The notes beneath the pieces are model-generated. The model searched no databases. It saw nothing but the letters and a program-made list of their open reading frames with translations, and was not told the DNA's origin. Positions 61,517 through 64,000 of a stretch of 64,000 nucleotides of DNA are shown piece after piece (the first letter of the stretch is position 1; every line of letters starts with the position of its first letter). The DNA lies in NCBI GenBank assembly GCA_051439605.1, contig JBFRWN010000046.1, positions 1 to 64,000 of the forward strand. Reading direction: 5' to 3'. Source of the stretch: Synechococcus sp. (lineage in GTDB: Bacteria > Cyanobacteriota > Cyanobacteriia > Thermostichales > PCC-7336). A program made the translations under genes and the position numbers.

Positions 61517-62644
61517 ATGCAACCTATCTTTCGATTTGCCGACGATTTGGGTCCAGACAAGATCGTTCACATCTACGATCCCCCCACCGGCTTGAAAGCC
61601 ATTCTCGTCATCGACAATGTCGCCCTCGGAGCCTCGATCGGCGGCGTCCGCATGGCTCCTGACGTCACCACCGAAGAGGTGTTTCGGCTGGCGCGAGCCA
61701 TGACGCTGAAAAATGCTGCGGCCAACCTTCCCCATGGCGGTGGCAAGGCAGCTATCTTGGCCGATCCAAAACTGCCACCGAGTAAAAAAGAACTGCTGAT
61801 GCGGGCGTTTGCACGGGCGATCGCTCCCCTGACTGACTACATTCCCGGTCCCGATATGGGCACTGACGAGCAATGCATGGCTTGGGTGTACAGCGAGATT
61901 GGCCGCGCCATTGGGTTGCCCGCTCAGATGGGGGGCATCCCCCTCGACGAAATCGGTGCAACGGGATTCGGTTTGGCGATCGCGACTGAAGTTGCCACCG
62001 ACTACTGCGATGTTGAACTGGCAAGGGCTCGCGTTGTCGTGCAAGGATTTGGGTCTGTCGGGCAGCACGTCGCGAAGTTTCTCTCCGAGAGAGGAGCCCT
62101 TCTAGTGGGGGTGTCGGATTCGCGAGGCACGCTGTTCGATCCTGACGGGATTGATGTGGCAGCGGCGATCTCCATCAAGCAATCCGGCCGCAGCATTATC
62201 GAATTGCCCCAAGGCAAAGTCTTCGATCGTGACGGAGCGATCGACATCGAATGCGATATCTGGATTCCTGCGGCAAGACCGGATGTGGTTCGTCTCGATA
62301 ACATCGATCGCCTCAAGACCCAATTGGTGGTTCAGGGGGCGAACATTCCATTCGCGGCGGAAGCCGAAGAGATTTGTCACGCCCAAAACATTCTCGTTAT
62401 CCCGGACTTTATCGCGAATGCGGGAGGCGTGATTTGCGGGGCAGTGGAACATCGAGGGGGAACGCAGGCGGATGCATTTGAAGCCATCGAACGTGAAATT
62501 CGCGCCAATACTGCAGCGGTTTTAGATGAAGCGTCGCAATCGGGGCGATTGCCCAGACATGTGGCGATCGAGCTGGCCCGATCTCGCATTCGAGCCAAAC
62601 AAAGTGCCTGCATAGCTGTCGGCGGAGAATTGCAGTGCAGCTAA
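61517..62644 (+). CDS. Glu/Leu/Phe/Val amino-acid dehydrogenase
   Basis: Motifs GGVRM, MTLKNA..LPHGGGK, GPDMGT, QGFGSVG, QGAN and PDFIANAGG. GAGGAG RBS before the ATG at 61517. Confidence 0.92.
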   Translation: MQPIFRFADDLGPDKIVHIYDPPTGLKAILVIDNVALGASIGGVRMAPDVTTEEVFRLARAMTLKNAAANLPHGGGKAAILADPKLPPSKKELLMRAFARAIAPLTDYIPGPDMGTDEQCMAWVYSEIGRAIGLPAQMGGIPLDEIGATGFGLAIATEVATDYCDVELARARVVVQGFGSVGQHVAKFLSERGALLVGVSDSRGTLFDPDGIDVAAAISIKQSGRSIIELPQGKVFDRDGAIDIECDIWIPAARPDVVRLDNIDRLKTQLVVQGANIPFAAEAEEICHAQNILVIPDFIANAGGVICGAVEHRGGTQADAFEAIEREIRANTAAVLDEASQSGRLPRHVAIELARSRIRAKQSACIAVGGELQCS

Positions 62645-62904
62645 ATGCACCGCAATCGTTAATCTGAGATCTCCTTTCGGGGGCTAATACGCCCATCCAA
62701 CAGCAACGAGAACAATTTGCAGATACCGTTGGTGTTTATCCATGTTGATATCCTCTTGTTAATTCACAGGCGATCGCCCCTTCAGAGCTCGCACATTTGA
62801 GCCTCAAGCTCTGGCGGAGGTCACTTAACTTGCTAGGCAGCTGCCAGGAATTACTACCGAAATCAGGAAACAACTTAAAGAGTTAGAACCAATTCGAAGT
62901 TGGA

Positions 62905-63459
62905 CTAATATGTTTCGACAGTGATTTCTATCGGTACTGACTTAGAAATCACGTCGTAGACCGGTGAAAAGCGGAAAAACTCCGATATTTTCTCTTTTGG
63001 GGCGTCCGTCTTAATTTTGAAATCAATGTAGATGTTTTGATAGCCCGGTCGGATACTGTCGTCCAGATCGAAAAGACCTCTCAAATCGAGCTGCCCTTTG
63101 TAACTCGATTCCATTTTCTCAATCTCGATGCCGTTCAAGGCTGCATAATAAGCAACGGTGGTAGTCATACAACCCGACAATGCGCTGAGAAGAAACTCCA
63201 CCGGATTTGCTCCTTCATCGTGTCCAGCCAACAAAGTCGGTTCTCCAGCCTGAAAATTAAATACCTGCTTATGCTGATGTTCTGCACATGCGGCATAGAA
63301 ATCTTGGGTGTTGGAACGGTTCGAATCTCCGCTCACCCATTCATTACGAACACGGAATTCACAGCGACCCATTTCGGGATTCTCGCTGACAGCTCCGACA
63401 GTCTCTAGCAGGGCTGAAGTGTCAACTCCATTGACATAAGTTTTCTCAAGCTTAGTCAT
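62905..63459 (-). CDS. OsmC-family protein
   Basis: Motifs VNGVD, GEP..LAG.D.GANPVE.LL.AL.GC, G.LDLRG and SPVYD. Confidence 0.88.
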   Translation of the reverse strand: MTKLEKTYVNGVDTSALLETVGAVSENPEMGRCEFRVRNEWVSGDSNRSNTQDFYAACAEHQHKQVFNFQAGEPTLLAGHDEGANPVEFLLSALSGCMTTTVAYYAALNGIEIEKMESSYKGQLDLRGLFDLDDSIRPGYQNIYIDFKIKTDAPKEKISEFFRFSPVYDVISKSVPIEITVETY

Positions 63460-63825
63460 TGAACGTTTCCTCTAGACAATTCAAGTTTTGCTTGTCATAC
63501 ATCCAGGGCTAGAAATTGAATTGCTTTTTATCTAACTATTTCCTTGACAAATAACACCTGAGTAATACATAGTTTAATCTTGAATTAAAAAACATTTTCT
63601 CATTGCTTGCATTTGTAGAATATTAAAACTATCTTATAGCACGACTTACAGGAATAAGCTTTAATTCTATAAACATATCTTGAGATTATTGCATATAAGT
63701 TAAACTTGAGATGTCTGTTGCCTCTTTGTGGCGTTCAAATAGATTCCTCAAACCCTCGATGAATGGTTCAATTGTTCACCGATACAGACTAGATTCAGTC
63801 CGATTCTTCGCTTGAATTCCAGAGG

Positions 63826-64000
63826 TTAGCAGCGTGGGCCATCACACCCTCCCCTTGAATAGATGGTAAAACTGGCATACCCCATGCGATGGCTCACCCC
63901 AACTTCAGGGTCGGGATAGGCTGTTACTTCGAACAAAAAGGAACCAGCGAAACTGGGGTTGCGTAGCGACTTCAGAACTATCGTTGCAGTTCGACCGGGT
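63826..64000 (-). CDS. Partial DUF2808-like protein (3' end; runs off the window)
   Basis: Manual translation PGRTATIVLKSLRNPSFAGSFLFEVTAYPDPEVGVSHRMGYASFTIYSRGGCDGPRC*. Confidence 0.65.
   Translation of the reverse strand, partial: PGRTATIVLKSLRNPSFAGSFLFEVTAYPDPEVGVSHRMGYASFTIYSRGGCDGPRC

Overview
Cyanobacterial chromosomal window. Evidence: frequent HIP1 GCGATCGC octamers, kaiABC, nblA, a PatA-type chemosensory cluster and the cyanobacterial rpmJ-prfA gene order. Left to right it holds: an IS6 remnant; a minus-strand fermentation cluster (nifJ, DHOD-like flavoprotein, arginine synthetase-like P-loop protein, carbamate kinase); a GH133 debranching enzyme; a TIR-TPR protein; a CbbR-type LysR regulator; kaiABC directly behind the rpmJ..prfA translation cluster; DMT, MscS, glgX, glk, an SLC12-like transporter and a Nudix hydrolase; polyamine genes (speB, and nspC with CASDH) flanking a PatA-CheY-CheW-MCP-CheA system; large envelope proteins; a BTAD/DUF4242 remnant; nblA; a three-gene 2-oxo-acid decarboxylase / aldehyde dehydrogenase / amino-acid dehydrogenase operon; OsmC; and a partial DUF2808 gene. 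The two most interesting candidates are a self-contained Ehrlich/auxin-type (IAA or PAA) operon and an arcE-arcC arginine-to-ATP module joined to the PFOR operon. I recognised no rRNA, tRNA or CRISPR array. All calls come from motif recognition by eye; no searches were run.
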